64,000 nucleotides of DNA. Source: a virus. The stretch lies in IMG/VR virus record IMGVR_UViG_3300008107_000012. One strand, given 5' to 3'. Shown here in pieces: positions 18,765-27,376 of the stretch. The notes beneath the pieces were generated by a model. It did no database searches and was not told where the DNA came from. It saw only the letters and a list, made by a program, of their open reading frames with translations. The position numbers were made by a program, and so were the translations under genes. Position 1 is the first letter of the stretch; the number at the start of each line of letters is the position of its first letter.

Positions 18765-19469
18765 ATGGAAGCAAAAGACATTCTCAATCTTCAAGAGGCA
18801 TACTTAGAGATGTATTCTCCTGAGCAGTTAGATGAGATTTCTGCAGATACTGCATTAGCAGCATCAAAAGAAGCAGGTAAAAGGTCAGGTATTCTTGCTG
18901 GTCTAAGTGGTGGAGACCCTAAAGTAAAAGCAAAGGCAGTAAAAAAGAGAGAACAAGCAGAAAGACTTTATACTGCATCTGCAAAGAGAAGACTAAAAGC
19001 AAAGATTACCCCAGTAAAAATCACAAGAGAAGAGTATGATTTTATCCTCTCTCATCTTATTGATGAAGGATATACAAATACTCTTGAAGGTGCAGAAGTC
19101 ATCGCATCGAATATGAGTGATGATTGGACACTCAGTATCCTTGAAGCAACTGCGATGGCAAAACGGGGTCTTAATGAACCCGAAATTCGTCAAAGAATTG
19201 CTTCTCAAACTGGTGGTGGTGCTGCTGCTGATAGAGCAACTGCACTTGCAAATAGACCAACTTATGGTCAAAGAGGAGTAAATCCACAAGCAAGGCAAAG
19301 ACTTGCCGCAACACAGAGAGGTGATTTCCGTAAGACAACTTCATCATCTCCTGGTCTTCATGGATATGGTCACAAACCACAAAATGCTCAACAACAAGCA
19401 TTACAAGTAGCAAGAGGAGCACAAAGAGGTGTTTTAACTCCTGCTGAGAAGAAACAACTTGGTAGATGA
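18765..19469 (+). CDS. putative virion/internal protein
   Basis: TATAAATA 18737-18744; NLQEAY, LDEIS, ILSHLIDEGY..MSDDW..SILE segments typical of cyanophage head-processed proteins. Confidence 0.65.
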   Translation: MEAKDILNLQEAYLEMYSPEQLDEISADTALAASKEAGKRSGILAGLSGGDPKVKAKAVKKREQAERLYTASAKRRLKAKITPVKITREEYDFILSHLIDEGYTNTLEGAEVIASNMSDDWTLSILEATAMAKRGLNEPEIRQRIASQTGGGAAADRATALANRPTYGQRGVNPQARQRLAATQRGDFRKTTSSSPGLHGYGHKPQNAQQQALQVARGAQRGVLTPAEKKQLGR

Positions 19470-19526
19470 GGACACTTCCCGAACTGTCCACCAGACCCCC
19501 TACGGGGTCTTTTTTTGTGCTATATT
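19470..19526 (+). promoter_or_regulatory. early promoter cassette with embedded terminator
   Basis: GGACACTTCCCGAACTGTCCA; AGACCCC-CTAC-GGGGTCT-T6; TGcTATATT. Confidence 0.75.
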
Positions 19527-19549
19527 AACAAAGTAAAGTCAAGAACCAA

Positions 19550-19693
19550 ATGAAATTCATCGTTGACCTGTACGTTGGTGGTAAAGTCTTCAAGGAAGAA
19601 GTTTATGCTAACAACCCTAAAGATGCCCGTGAGACTGCACTTGCCCGCAATCCTAAAGCAAAGGTCGTTGGTGTGAACGCAACATTTAAGTGA
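19550..19693 (+). CDS. small hypothetical protein
   Basis: MKFIVDLYVGGKVFKEEV..ARNPKAKVVGVN. Confidence 0.7.
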   Translation: MKFIVDLYVGGKVFKEEVYANNPKDARETALARNPKAKVVGVNATFK

Positions 19694-19725
19694 GTTCATA
19701 GATATTCTGTAAGTTTTATCGAACA

Positions 19726-20133
19726 ATGAAACAATTACTGTGGGGAATTACATTCTCCTTGCTTACTGCATCACTTCCAGTCAAAGCACAGCAAACAAAT
19801 GTTTATTCAGTTTGCACTAACTATCAGGAGAACTATTCTCCTGGATATTATGATGCTTATGGGAATTATGTTCAAGGAAATGTGAACACTCAACGGTATA
19901 ATGTTCAGTGTGGAACTGGAACTTACTATCGACCGAATGGTGGTGCAGTTTATCAAGCACCTGTAGCACAACCTGGATACGGTAGGGGTTATTGTTCTCC
20001 TGCAAGAACAACTCTTGGTGGATTGCTTGGTGGTGGAATTGGTGCAGCAGTCTCTAAAAAGAGTTCTTGGAGTTGGGCAATTCCTCTAGGTGCAGTTCTT
20101 GGTGCTGGTGCTGCTAATGCAACTTGCTATTGA
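19726..20133 (+). CDS. signal-peptide protein with glycine-zipper C-terminus
   Basis: N-terminal signal-like segment; LGGLLGGGIGAAV..LGAVLGAG. Confidence 0.75.
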   Translation: MKQLLWGITFSLLTASLPVKAQQTNVYSVCTNYQENYSPGYYDAYGNYVQGNVNTQRYNVQCGTGTYYRPNGGAVYQAPVAQPGYGRGYCSPARTTLGGLLGGGIGAAVSKKSSWSWAIPLGAVLGAGAANATCY

Positions 20134-20158
20134 CTTAAAACTGACTACTAAATACTAA

Positions 20159-20215
20159 TGCCTTAGTTGACCGCAATCTGTAAGGTAGGAGAGGAGCAGA
20201 AATGCTCCTTTTCTT
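20159..20215 (+). ncRNA. candidate antisense small RNA (copy 3)
   Basis: TAAATA 20149-20154; stem GCCTTA/TAAGGT; terminator GGAGCA-GAAA-TGCTCC-TTTT; 20165-20175 pairs with 20229-20239; TATAAATA 20217-20224. Confidence 0.6.
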
Positions 20216-20250
20216 GTATAAATACTACTGCGGTTAACTTAAGAGCAGTT

Positions 20251-20946
20251 ATGTCTAATCAAGGCAAGATTTATTGTGCTCACTGTATTTTTACAGGGAA
20301 GAAATACATTGGACAAACAGTTAAAAAATATTTGAATTATAGAATAACAGAGCATTTTGCAGACTGTGTAAATTATAATCATAAGTTTGCAAATGCAATC
20401 AAAAAATATGGTAGAAATGGATTTATTTGGGGAATAGTTGAAGAATGTGATATTTCAATCTTAAATGATAGAGAGGTTTATTGGATAGAAAAATACGATA
20501 CATTTAATAATGGATATAATACAACTACTGGTGGAAATCAGGGAAGAGAATATTGCATAAAAGAATACCTTGTAGAAAAACCTAATGGGAACAGAGAGGA
20601 AATTAAAAATCTTTCTCAATATTGTAGAGATAATGACTTAAATATTGCACATATTCACGAAACACTTTATGGTAAGAGAGTTCAGCATAAAGGGTATAAA
20701 CTTATTCCAAGAACTGATTATGAAATTGAAAAATATGAAAATGAAAGAAGAATACGAAAAGATACCAGTAGAAAAAGATTGCCTGGAGAAAGAAATGGTA
20801 GAGCAATTCTTGATTGGAACAAAGTTAGTGAAATAAGAAGATTGCACTCAAGTAAGAAATATAAAAACCAGGAAATAGCAGATATGTTTGGAATTAAAAA
20901 GGTTACACTTGAAAAGATAGTTGCAAATAAACTGTGGACAGTTTGA
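20251..20946 (+). CDS. GIY-YIG homing endonuclease with C-terminal HTH
   Basis: GKIYC..KKYIGQT, RE..WI..Y..GYN.T.GG; start re-set to ATG 20251 after late promoter. Confidence 0.85.
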   Translation: MSNQGKIYCAHCIFTGKKYIGQTVKKYLNYRITEHFADCVNYNHKFANAIKKYGRNGFIWGIVEECDISILNDREVYWIEKYDTFNNGYNTTTGGNQGREYCIKEYLVEKPNGNREEIKNLSQYCRDNDLNIAHIHETLYGKRVQHKGYKLIPRTDYEIEKYENERRIRKDTSRKRLPGERNGRAILDWNKVSEIRRLHSSKKYKNQEIADMFGIKKVTLEKIVANKLWTV

Positions 20947-20986
20947 GAACTGCACACTTGACTTTTGGAAGAAAAGTTCTTATGAT
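20936..20986 (+). promoter_or_regulatory. early promoter cassette overlapping endonuclease stop
   Basis: GGACAGTTTGAGAACTGCACA; TTGACT-17-TATGAT. Confidence 0.7.
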
Positions 20987-21010
20987 GTATCTGTTAAACA
21001 AATGAGGTTA

Positions 21011-21250
21011 ATGTCACAAAAATTCTTGTATATCGTAGATCACTTTTGCAACTTTCCCCGTTCAGAATATGGGGGAATTTGGAATGTGATTGCAAAAGAT
21101 GATGATGAGTGTTTTGATTTAATTAAAGAATATGATGAAGGTCTTAATGAAGATTTTTATGTAAATCTACGGGAAAAAGTAGTTAATGCAAGGACTTATG
21201 CACTTGCTGAAGATGTTCAATCCTCCGTTCTTGAGGCATTTACGACCTGA
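21011..21250 (+). CDS. hypothetical protein
   Basis: ORF after promoter. Confidence 0.7.
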   Translation: MSQKFLYIVDHFCNFPRSEYGGIWNVIAKDDDECFDLIKEYDEGLNEDFYVNLREKVVNARTYALAEDVQSSVLEAFTT

Positions 21251-21591
21251 TGAGCAATCCTGAAATGAATCGTCTTGCTTTTGACCTGAAGCAACAGTAT
21301 CAAGAACGAATCACAGAACTGCAAAGTAAAATTACAGAGCAACAAAAAGAAATTCTACAACTTCAGGAACAGATTAAATACCTAACGTATCCAAAAGAAT
21401 ACGATTGTTGAGTTTATGATTTTCGCAGAAGGAACAGCAGTTATCTACAAGGGAATGTCTGGTGTGATTGATTTTGTGTGCGACCAGTATGTCGTGATAC
21501 AACTTCCAGCACAAGTAAGTCGAAATTCTCCAAGACTGCTGGTTTTTAGAGAATATTATAAACAAATTTCAATTTCAAAAGAATCAACCAA

Positions 21592-21849
21592 ATGAAGAAG
21601 AAAAATGCCTGGAGATGGTGGGCAAAATCTTTAGGTGAAAAAGCAAGTAAATGTGATAAAGAGTCTGATAAGATTGCTCTTATCAGAACTTTTATTTTTG
21701 CGACATATCTAATCACTAACTGTTTTATTGTTGCTGGAGTAATTCGTCATTGGAATGATAAAACAGTTGTGAATGTAGAAGTGAAAATGGATAATCCTAC
21801 ACCACCCATGGTTAAAACAAGACTCAATCGCACTGGTGAGTTTGAATAG
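21592..21849 (+). CDS. hypothetical membrane protein
   Basis: WRWWAKSLGEKA..NCFIVAGVIRHW. Confidence 0.7.
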   Translation: MKKKNAWRWWAKSLGEKASKCDKESDKIALIRTFIFATYLITNCFIVAGVIRHWNDKTVVNVEVKMDNPTPPMVKTRLNRTGEFE

Positions 21850-21875
21850 ATAAATATCTAAAAACTCAAAGTGCG

Positions 21876-22076
21876 ATGAAAACGTTTCAACAATTCAACG
21901 AAGATATTGATAGACTCACCCAGAGAAGACAACAACTTCGTCAAAGACAGTTGAAACAAATGGCGGCACATAAAGAGAAAGTTGCTGCTCATCGAGAAGC
22001 ACAAAGTAGAAAAAGACAGAAACAAGCAGAAAGAGAAGAATTAAAAAAAGAAATTAAGAGAGAGTTGCAATCATAA
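21876..22076 (+). CDS. putative internal head protein
   Basis: TAAATA 21851-21856; MKTFQQFNED. Confidence 0.65.
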   Translation: MKTFQQFNEDIDRLTQRRQQLRQRQLKQMAAHKEKVAAHREAQSRKRQKQAEREELKKEIKRELQS

Positions 22077-22089
22077 TAAAACTCAGGAT

Positions 22090-22147
22090 GGACACCTTGA
22101 GAACTGGCACAAGACCCCTTGTGCTCCCTGCCCTGATGGGTTATAGT
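22090..22147 (+). promoter_or_regulatory. early promoter cassette
   Basis: GGACACCTTGAGAACTGGCACA; TATAGT 22142-22147. Confidence 0.7.
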
Positions 22148-22172
22148 ACCTTTGTTGATGAGACGACCCCTG

Positions 22173-22439
22173 ATGTCCCGTTTCCTGACTATTCTTTTTG
22201 GTGAGAATGAGCACGGGTTCTGGAATGAACCAACCTATCACTCCACTCAACGTGCCGCAACTAAATGGGGAATGAGTATGTGGAATGTGGGTGAAGTGCT
22301 TGGTTATGTGGTTGTAAAGATTGACCATGAGACCTGGCAAGTTGTTGATGAAGAATCCCGCATCCCTGACTATAGTGTTTCTTGGGATGGATTTGGATTT
22401 GTGAAAGTCAAACGTGCCCCTAAACTGGTGATGGTGTGA
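22173..22439 (+). CDS. hypothetical protein
   Basis: ORF after promoter. Confidence 0.65.
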   Translation: MSRFLTILFGENEHGFWNEPTYHSTQRAATKWGMSMWNVGEVLGYVVVKIDHETWQVVDEESRIPDYSVSWDGFGFVKVKRAPKLVMV

Positions 22440-22486
22440 CAACTGGCACACCGACCACCTGACATCCCCCCATTTTCCCCTACAAT
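22429..22486 (+). promoter_or_regulatory. early promoter cassette (half site)
   Basis: AACTGGCACA ends 22450; TACAAT 22481-22486. Confidence 0.6.
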
Positions 22487-22511
22487 AACAAAGTAATTCA
22501 CGGAGCATCTC

Positions 22512-22982
22512 ATGGGTCTTGACATGTATCTCTATGCGAAGCAGTTTGTTGCTTCTTCTGCCTGGTCTAAGGAAGAAGATTGCAAGAAAGTGAAATCTAT
22601 TGCACGATTGATGAAAGGAACCAAGTTCTTGGATTCTGATGATCTGCAATTTGCTGAAGTGAAATTGCAACTTGCCTATTGGCGAAAAGCAAATCAAATT
22701 CACAAGTATTTTGTGGATAAGTGTGGTGGTGGTAAAGATGAATGTCAAGACATCTATGTGCCTCAAGATGCTCTTGTAGATCTTCTGTGGAGGTGTGAAA
22801 CCATCCTGAAAGATAAGAGTCGAGCAGAAGAACTGCTGCCTCCTCAATCTGGTTTCTTCTTCGGTGGCACTGAACTTGATGAGTATTATTATCGGGATCT
22901 GGAGCATACGATTCCTGTACTTCAAAAGATTCTCAAGAATGCTCAAGAATCTTGGGAGTTTGAGTACAAAGCAAGTTGGTAA
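22512..22982 (+). CDS. conserved phage protein (MGLDMYL family)
   Basis: MGLDMYL, YWRKANQIH, LLP..SGFFFG, YKASW. Confidence 0.8.
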   Translation: MGLDMYLYAKQFVASSAWSKEEDCKKVKSIARLMKGTKFLDSDDLQFAEVKLQLAYWRKANQIHKYFVDKCGGGKDECQDIYVPQDALVDLLWRCETILKDKSRAEELLPPQSGFFFGGTELDEYYYRDLEHTIPVLQKILKNAQESWEFEYKASW

Positions 22983-23040
22983 GGACACTTTGAGAACTGG
23001 CACAAGGGCACTTGAGTTTCCTTGAGTGCCCTGCTATACT
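22983..23040 (+). promoter_or_regulatory. early promoter cassette
   Basis: GGACACTTTGAGAACTGGCACA; AGGGCACT/AGTGCCCT stem; TGcTATACT. Confidence 0.75.
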
Positions 23041-23197
23041 ACATTTGCTCTTGAGATTTTTATGACCCCCGACACTTACACTTTTAGTGGTGATGCTGTT
23101 ACCTTCTTTGGTGCTGTTGCCCTATTTGCGACTCCTGTTCTTCTCTACTGGATTTTCCGTTCTTATTGGAACTCTCCTTATCGTAAATAAATAATAA

Positions 23198-23249
23198 TGC
23201 CTTAACTGACCGCAATCTGTAAGGTGGGAGGAGAGAAATCTCCTCCTTT
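23198..23249 (+). ncRNA. candidate antisense small RNA (copy 4)
   Basis: TAAATA 23188-23193; stem GCCTTA/TAAGGT; terminator GGAGGAGA-GAAA-TCTCCTCC-TTT; 23204-23214 pairs with 23266-23276; TATAAATA 23254-23261. Confidence 0.6.
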
Positions 23250-23289
23250 GTATTATAAATACTAATGCGGTTAGTTTAAGAGTGGAACT

Positions 23290-23889
23290 ATGGTAAATCC
23301 ATATAGATTTTATACCTATGCGTATTTGCGTGAGGATGGAACTCCTTATTACATAGGTAAAGGTCAAACAAATAGAATGTATTATAAATGTAAAATTGGT
23401 GATATTAGACCACCAGTAGATAAAACTAAAATTATTTTTCTCAAACAAAATTTAACTGAAGAGGAAGCATTTAAGCACGAAAAATATATGATTTCTATTC
23501 TTGGTAGAAAAGATTTGGGAAATGGTATTCTAAGAAATAGAACTAATGGTGGAGATGGAGTTTCTGGAAAAATATGGTCTGCGGAGGAAAGAAAATTAAA
23601 ATCTCAATCTTATCAGGGAATTAACAATCCATTTTATAACAAAACTCACACTAAAGAATCTAGAAGTAAAATAAAAGAAAGTAGGTCAAAAGAGTATATA
23701 ATTTATAGTCCAACATCAAAAGTATATAAAATTAAAAATTTAAAAGATTTTTGTATGCAGAACAACTTGGATTATACCAATATGAATAAACTTTCAAATA
23801 AAAGGTATAAATTTGGAAGTTCTTATAAGGGATGGACAGTTGAGAAACTGGAACAAACACTTCCCGCAGAGGCACCAAATACCCTATAA
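23290..23889 (+). CDS. GIY-YIG homing endonuclease, paralog of 11575..12411
   Basis: Near-identical N-terminus MVNPYRFYTYAYLR..YYIGKG; NPFYNKTHT NUMOD3-like motif. Confidence 0.85.
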   Translation: MVNPYRFYTYAYLREDGTPYYIGKGQTNRMYYKCKIGDIRPPVDKTKIIFLKQNLTEEEAFKHEKYMISILGRKDLGNGILRNRTNGGDGVSGKIWSAEERKLKSQSYQGINNPFYNKTHTKESRSKIKESRSKEYIIYSPTSKVYKIKNLKDFCMQNNLDYTNMNKLSNKRYKFGSSYKGWTVEKLEQTLPAEAPNTL

Positions 23890-23890
23890 T
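23834..23890 (+). promoter_or_regulatory. early promoter cassette inside endonuclease 3' end
   Basis: GGACAGTTGAGAAACTGGAACA; TATAAT 23885-23890. Confidence 0.7.
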
Positions 23891-23927
23891 ACAAAGGTCT
23901 CGCAACAAACCACTACGGAAACTAACA

Positions 23928-24116
23928 ATGACTGATACTGTTGATGTTCTTCCTCACCTCAGGGAACTTCGTGATACCTGGAGGAAACAGGATTTTTCTT
24001 TCACTAAACAACAGCAGCAAGAGTATGAAATGCTAATTGCTGCTCGTCGAGAACGTGTGAAGTATTTTTATGAGGCAGGACTTGTCTCAAAAGGTCGCAC
24101 AAAAGCAGATTCCTGA
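23928..24116 (+). CDS. hypothetical protein
   Basis: ORF after promoter. Confidence 0.7.
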   Translation: MTDTVDVLPHLRELRDTWRKQDFSFTKQQQQEYEMLIAARRERVKYFYEAGLVSKGRTKADS

Positions 24117-24138
24117 TTAAATCATTTCAATTATCAAA

Positions 24139-24534
24139 ATGAACTCTCAAGTCAAAGAAAAGTGGATTGCTGCTCTCCGTTCTGGTGAGTATGCCCAAGC
24201 ATCAGAGAGACTTCGTTCTAATGACGGTTTCTGCTGTCTTGGAGTTCTTTGTGATTTGTATGCACAAGAACCTTTTACGCAAGGTTGGAAGTTTAATGGA
24301 GAGTATGAGGAAAGTCCTCTCCCGATGGATTATTGGTATTTCGATGGTGAAAGTGAGTTTCTTCCTCAATCTGTAATGGAATGGGCAGGTCTTTCTCTTC
24401 CCAATCCTCTTGTAAAACTTGACTTTGAAGAAGAGGATGAAATGTCTTGGTCTTATCGGGATGAAATTTCTAACCTGAATGACTCAGGTTATAGTTTCAC
24501 CGAACTCGCAGACATTATCGAAGAACAACTCTAA
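24139..24534 (+). CDS. conserved phage protein
   Basis: KWIAALRSGEY.Q..CCLGVLCDL..LND..SF.E.AD.IE. Confidence 0.8.
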   Translation: MNSQVKEKWIAALRSGEYAQASERLRSNDGFCCLGVLCDLYAQEPFTQGWKFNGEYEESPLPMDYWYFDGESEFLPQSVMEWAGLSLPNPLVKLDFEEEDEMSWSYRDEISNLNDSGYSFTELADIIEEQL

Positions 24535-24550
24535 ATAAGACTCAAGAGAC

Positions 24551-24610
24551 TGTGCCACCTTCAAGAGTGGCACAGCACACCCCCCCAAACTGCGGGTCAG
24601 GTGCTATGAT
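24551..24610 (+). promoter_or_regulatory. early promoter cassette (full palindrome)
   Basis: TGTGCCACCTTCAAGAGTGGCACA; TGcTATGAT. Confidence 0.8.
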
Positions 24611-24637
24611 GTATTCATCAAGTCAAGGGAGGTTTCA

Positions 24638-24781
24638 ATGAAAGAACTGATGCTTCACGAAGATTACGAATCATTTGCTGAGAATTATCTTGGTGTTGAT
24701 TATGAGGATTATGTGGAACTCCTGAGTGATTTTGAGATTCCTGATGAGGAGTTTGACCTTGAGAATGGTTTGAGTTTCTAG
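24638..24781 (+). CDS. small acidic protein (47 aa)
   Basis: GGAGG SD; MKELMLHEDYESFAENYLGVDYED.. Confidence 0.65.
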   Translation: MKELMLHEDYESFAENYLGVDYEDYVELLSDFEIPDEEFDLENGLSF

Positions 24782-24928
24782 TTCTTATGGGAATGGTAGT
24801 TGCCCTAAAGTTCTCCATCGTCGTGGTCCAAATCTCTTAATAAAATCCAGTGGGGCATTTATTAAAAAGGTTTGGTTTAGATTCACACTCACACGACATC
24901 CATTTTACATTTACTTGATTTCTTAATT

Positions 24929-25114
24929 ATGTCCACCAAACTGCTTGCTCTTGCTTCTGAACTGTCTGACACCAATCCTGCTGGTGCTCAACTGATTGTT
25001 AGTCTCAATAGTGCAGAAACTGCTACTGAGATTGTGGAAGCACTTGATGCTTATGATGTTGCAGTTGCTGATGTGAATACTGCTCAACCGACTCTGGAAC
25101 CTGTTGCTTTCTGA
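24929..25114 (+). CDS. hypothetical protein
   Basis: ORF. Confidence 0.65.
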   Translation: MSTKLLALASELSDTNPAGAQLIVSLNSAETATEIVEALDAYDVAVADVNTAQPTLEPVAF

Positions 25115-25262
25115 CCTTTAATTCTTATTCCTCTGGGACAATGACTACTCCAAATTGGGTTCACAATTCTGGTAAGCATAAAAATCCCAGAGGAATCTCC
25201 AAAGGGAAAATTAAATCCAGAAAACAAGCACTTCAAGCACTCAAACTCAAACTGAACGTAAA

Positions 25263-25661
25263 ATGAACAAAGTTCTTGATTATGCACAGTTGCTGTGTGA
25301 AGTTCTGCGGACTAATTATCAATCCTATGCGATTGAAAGTCACCGAAATGCTATTTACGCAGCAGATGCTGGTGATACATGGTCTGTGAATTATCACAAG
25401 CAGCAGATTGATAAACTGTGTGAGGGTGAGGGTGTGTATGAATTTTACATCGACACTCTACGCAAATACTATAAAGTTGTGATGAAGGATGAGAACCAAA
25501 GTCATTCTCATTGCTTTATTGATAAAGAAACTGGGGATGTATTCAAGTCTGCATCTTGGAAATCTCCTGCTAAAGGTGTAAGATTCAATCTGCTTGATGA
25601 TAATTCCCGTGAGGAATGTTATAGGAGAGCAGATTGGGCATCATCTTATTTGTATAAATGA
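25263..25661 (+). CDS. conserved phage protein
   Basis: HCFIDKETGDVFKSASWKSPAKGVRFNL. Confidence 0.8.
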   Translation: MNKVLDYAQLLCEVLRTNYQSYAIESHRNAIYAADAGDTWSVNYHKQQIDKLCEGEGVYEFYIDTLRKYYKVVMKDENQSHSHCFIDKETGDVFKSASWKSPAKGVRFNLLDDNSREECYRRADWASSYLYK

Positions 25662-25667
25662 TAGCAG

Positions 25668-25726
25668 TGTGCCACTTCTTTTGGTGGCACACTATTTTTG
25701 CATAGGTGCCCTGAACCTGCTATGAT
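25668..25726 (+). promoter_or_regulatory. early promoter cassette
   Basis: TGTGCCACTTCTTTTGGTGGCACA; TGcTATGAT. Confidence 0.8.
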
Positions 25727-25938
25727 GAACGGAGTTCACAAGGAAAAATGACTCTTACTTCCCTGACTTTTGAGGAGATTGATGCTCTCCTTGCTCTAAT
25801 TGAGTTTCACGATGACTGGGAGTTTGTGAGTGAACGTGTGGGTACAGATGTTAATGCTCTGTATGAAAAACTCTCAGAAATGAGAGATGAAGTTTGATTG
25901 ATTATACCCTGAAGTTTCTTAATTTTTAATTTCTTATT

Positions 25939-27171
25939 ATGCAGTTTTATCCCTACCAGCAACGTGCGATTGATGCAATCAAGCAGCACAGTAAAGGTTG
26001 CTGCTACATTCCCACTGGTGGTGGTAAATCGGTTGTGATGATGCAAGATGCAAAGGACCGAATCCTTGCTTCTCAACAACCTATGACTGTTGTTGTAGTC
26101 TCTCCCCGTATTCTTCTCACCAATCAACTCTGTGCAGAGTTTGAGGAATACCTGAAAGACTTTGATATTCAATATACCGAAGTTCATAGTGGAGAAACTC
26201 ACAATTTCTCTACTACCAAACCTTATGCAATTTACCAACGTAATCAGGAAGTAATCGCATCAGGTTCTCATCACTTTATCTTCACAACTTACAACTCCAT
26301 TCATCGCATCAATGAATCGCAGATTGATGTGAATGTTGTGTACTTTGATGAGGCACATCATTGTGTGAAGAAGTCGAACTTTGTTGGTATTGCTCACACT
26401 TCGCAGAACGCAGATAATGCTTATTTCTTCACTGCAACTCCTAAGATTGATAACTCTCAGCAGTCGATGAATAATACTGCTGTGTATGGACAGAAAATTA
26501 TTTCTGTGCCTGCATCAGAACTGATTGCTGCTGGTAGTATCATTCCTCCTAAGGTGATTTCTTATGAGGCAGAGTCTATCCGTACAAAGGAAAATGCACA
26601 CTTTGTCGATGCAGAGAACATTCTTGGTATCCTGAATGAGATTGAGGATGATGTAACTCCCAAAGTTCTTATTGCTTCTCCTAGCACCAAAGTGATTTGG
26701 AATATGTTTACTGAGAGTGACCTACTCAATGAACTTGATGCAATGGGATTTGCTGTGTTTCATATCACTGCAAAGCACGGTGCTTATGTAAACAAAAAGA
26801 AAGTCTCCCGTGAGAAGTTCTTTGAGTTGCTGAATGAGTATGGAAATGACCCTGACCAAAAGATGGTCGTGTTTCATTACTCTATTCTCAGTGAGGGTAT
26901 CAATGTTCATGGATTGACTCACTGCATTATGCTTCGCAATCTGCCTTGGATTGAAATGTGCCAAACGATTGGTCGAGTTGTGCGTATGCACCGTGATGAC
27001 CGTAAAGCAATTCAAGAAGGTAAGATTGCAGCAGGTAGTTATCAGTTCTACAAGAAGTCCTTTGGTAAGATTGTTGTTCCTGTAAACAACAACTATGGTG
27101 ATAAGATTGCCAATCAACTGCAGAATGTGGTTAATGCCGTCTTCGTGAAAGGAGAACTGTCTGCTACATAA
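25939..27171 (+). CDS. superfamily 2 (DEAH, ResIII-like) helicase
   Basis: PTGGGKS, DEAHH, TAT, LSEGI, QTIGRVVR. Confidence 0.9.
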   Translation: MQFYPYQQRAIDAIKQHSKGCCYIPTGGGKSVVMMQDAKDRILASQQPMTVVVVSPRILLTNQLCAEFEEYLKDFDIQYTEVHSGETHNFSTTKPYAIYQRNQEVIASGSHHFIFTTYNSIHRINESQIDVNVVYFDEAHHCVKKSNFVGIAHTSQNADNAYFFTATPKIDNSQQSMNNTAVYGQKIISVPASELIAAGSIIPPKVISYEAESIRTKENAHFVDAENILGILNEIEDDVTPKVLIASPSTKVIWNMFTESDLLNELDAMGFAVFHITAKHGAYVNKKKVSREKFFELLNEYGNDPDQKMVVFHYSILSEGINVHGLTHCIMLRNLPWIEMCQTIGRVVRMHRDDRKAIQEGKIAAGSYQFYKKSFGKIVVPVNNNYGDKIANQLQNVVNAVFVKGELSAT

Positions 27172-27197
27172 TATCAATATGTGACAAATGAATACTA

Positions 27198-27362
27198 ATG
27201 CCTTTCACAAAGAAGTTTCCTAAGTCAGGAGACACAACACACATAAGAGTTCCTAAAGTCTATGCAGACTTGGTTCTAGAGTTAATGGTACTCTTAGACC
27301 AAAAGTTTGAGGTAGACAAAGGAACTCATCTATTAAGAAAGTTCATAAGCAATCTTTCTTGA
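27198..27362 (+). CDS. small ribbon-helix-helix-like protein (54 aa)
   Basis: MPFTKKFPKSGDTTHIRVPKVYADLVLELM.. Confidence 0.5.
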   Translation: MPFTKKFPKSGDTTHIRVPKVYADLVLELMVLLDQKFEVDKGTHLLRKFISNLS

Positions 27363-27376
27363 GACTACTGTGAGAC

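Noticed and set aside
20167-20250. N-terminal extension of endonuclease 3 in the ORF track
   Set aside because: It spans the small-RNA cassette, terminator and late promoter; ATG 20251 matches the other copies.
22083-23003. 306-aa minus-strand ORF and other minus-strand ORFs (6188, 29893, 31094, 26722 etc.)
   Set aside because: Antisense shadows of well-formed + strand genes; no promoter, SD or motifs.
762-23889. Group I introns or inteins hosting the endonucleases
   Set aside because: Flanking genes are complete and no intron core or split gene is visible; the endonucleases are free-standing.
24789-24810. Fluoride riboswitch-like start GGGAATGGTAGTTGCCCTAAA
   Set aside because: Downstream UGAC pseudoknot element is missing and there is no relevant downstream gene.
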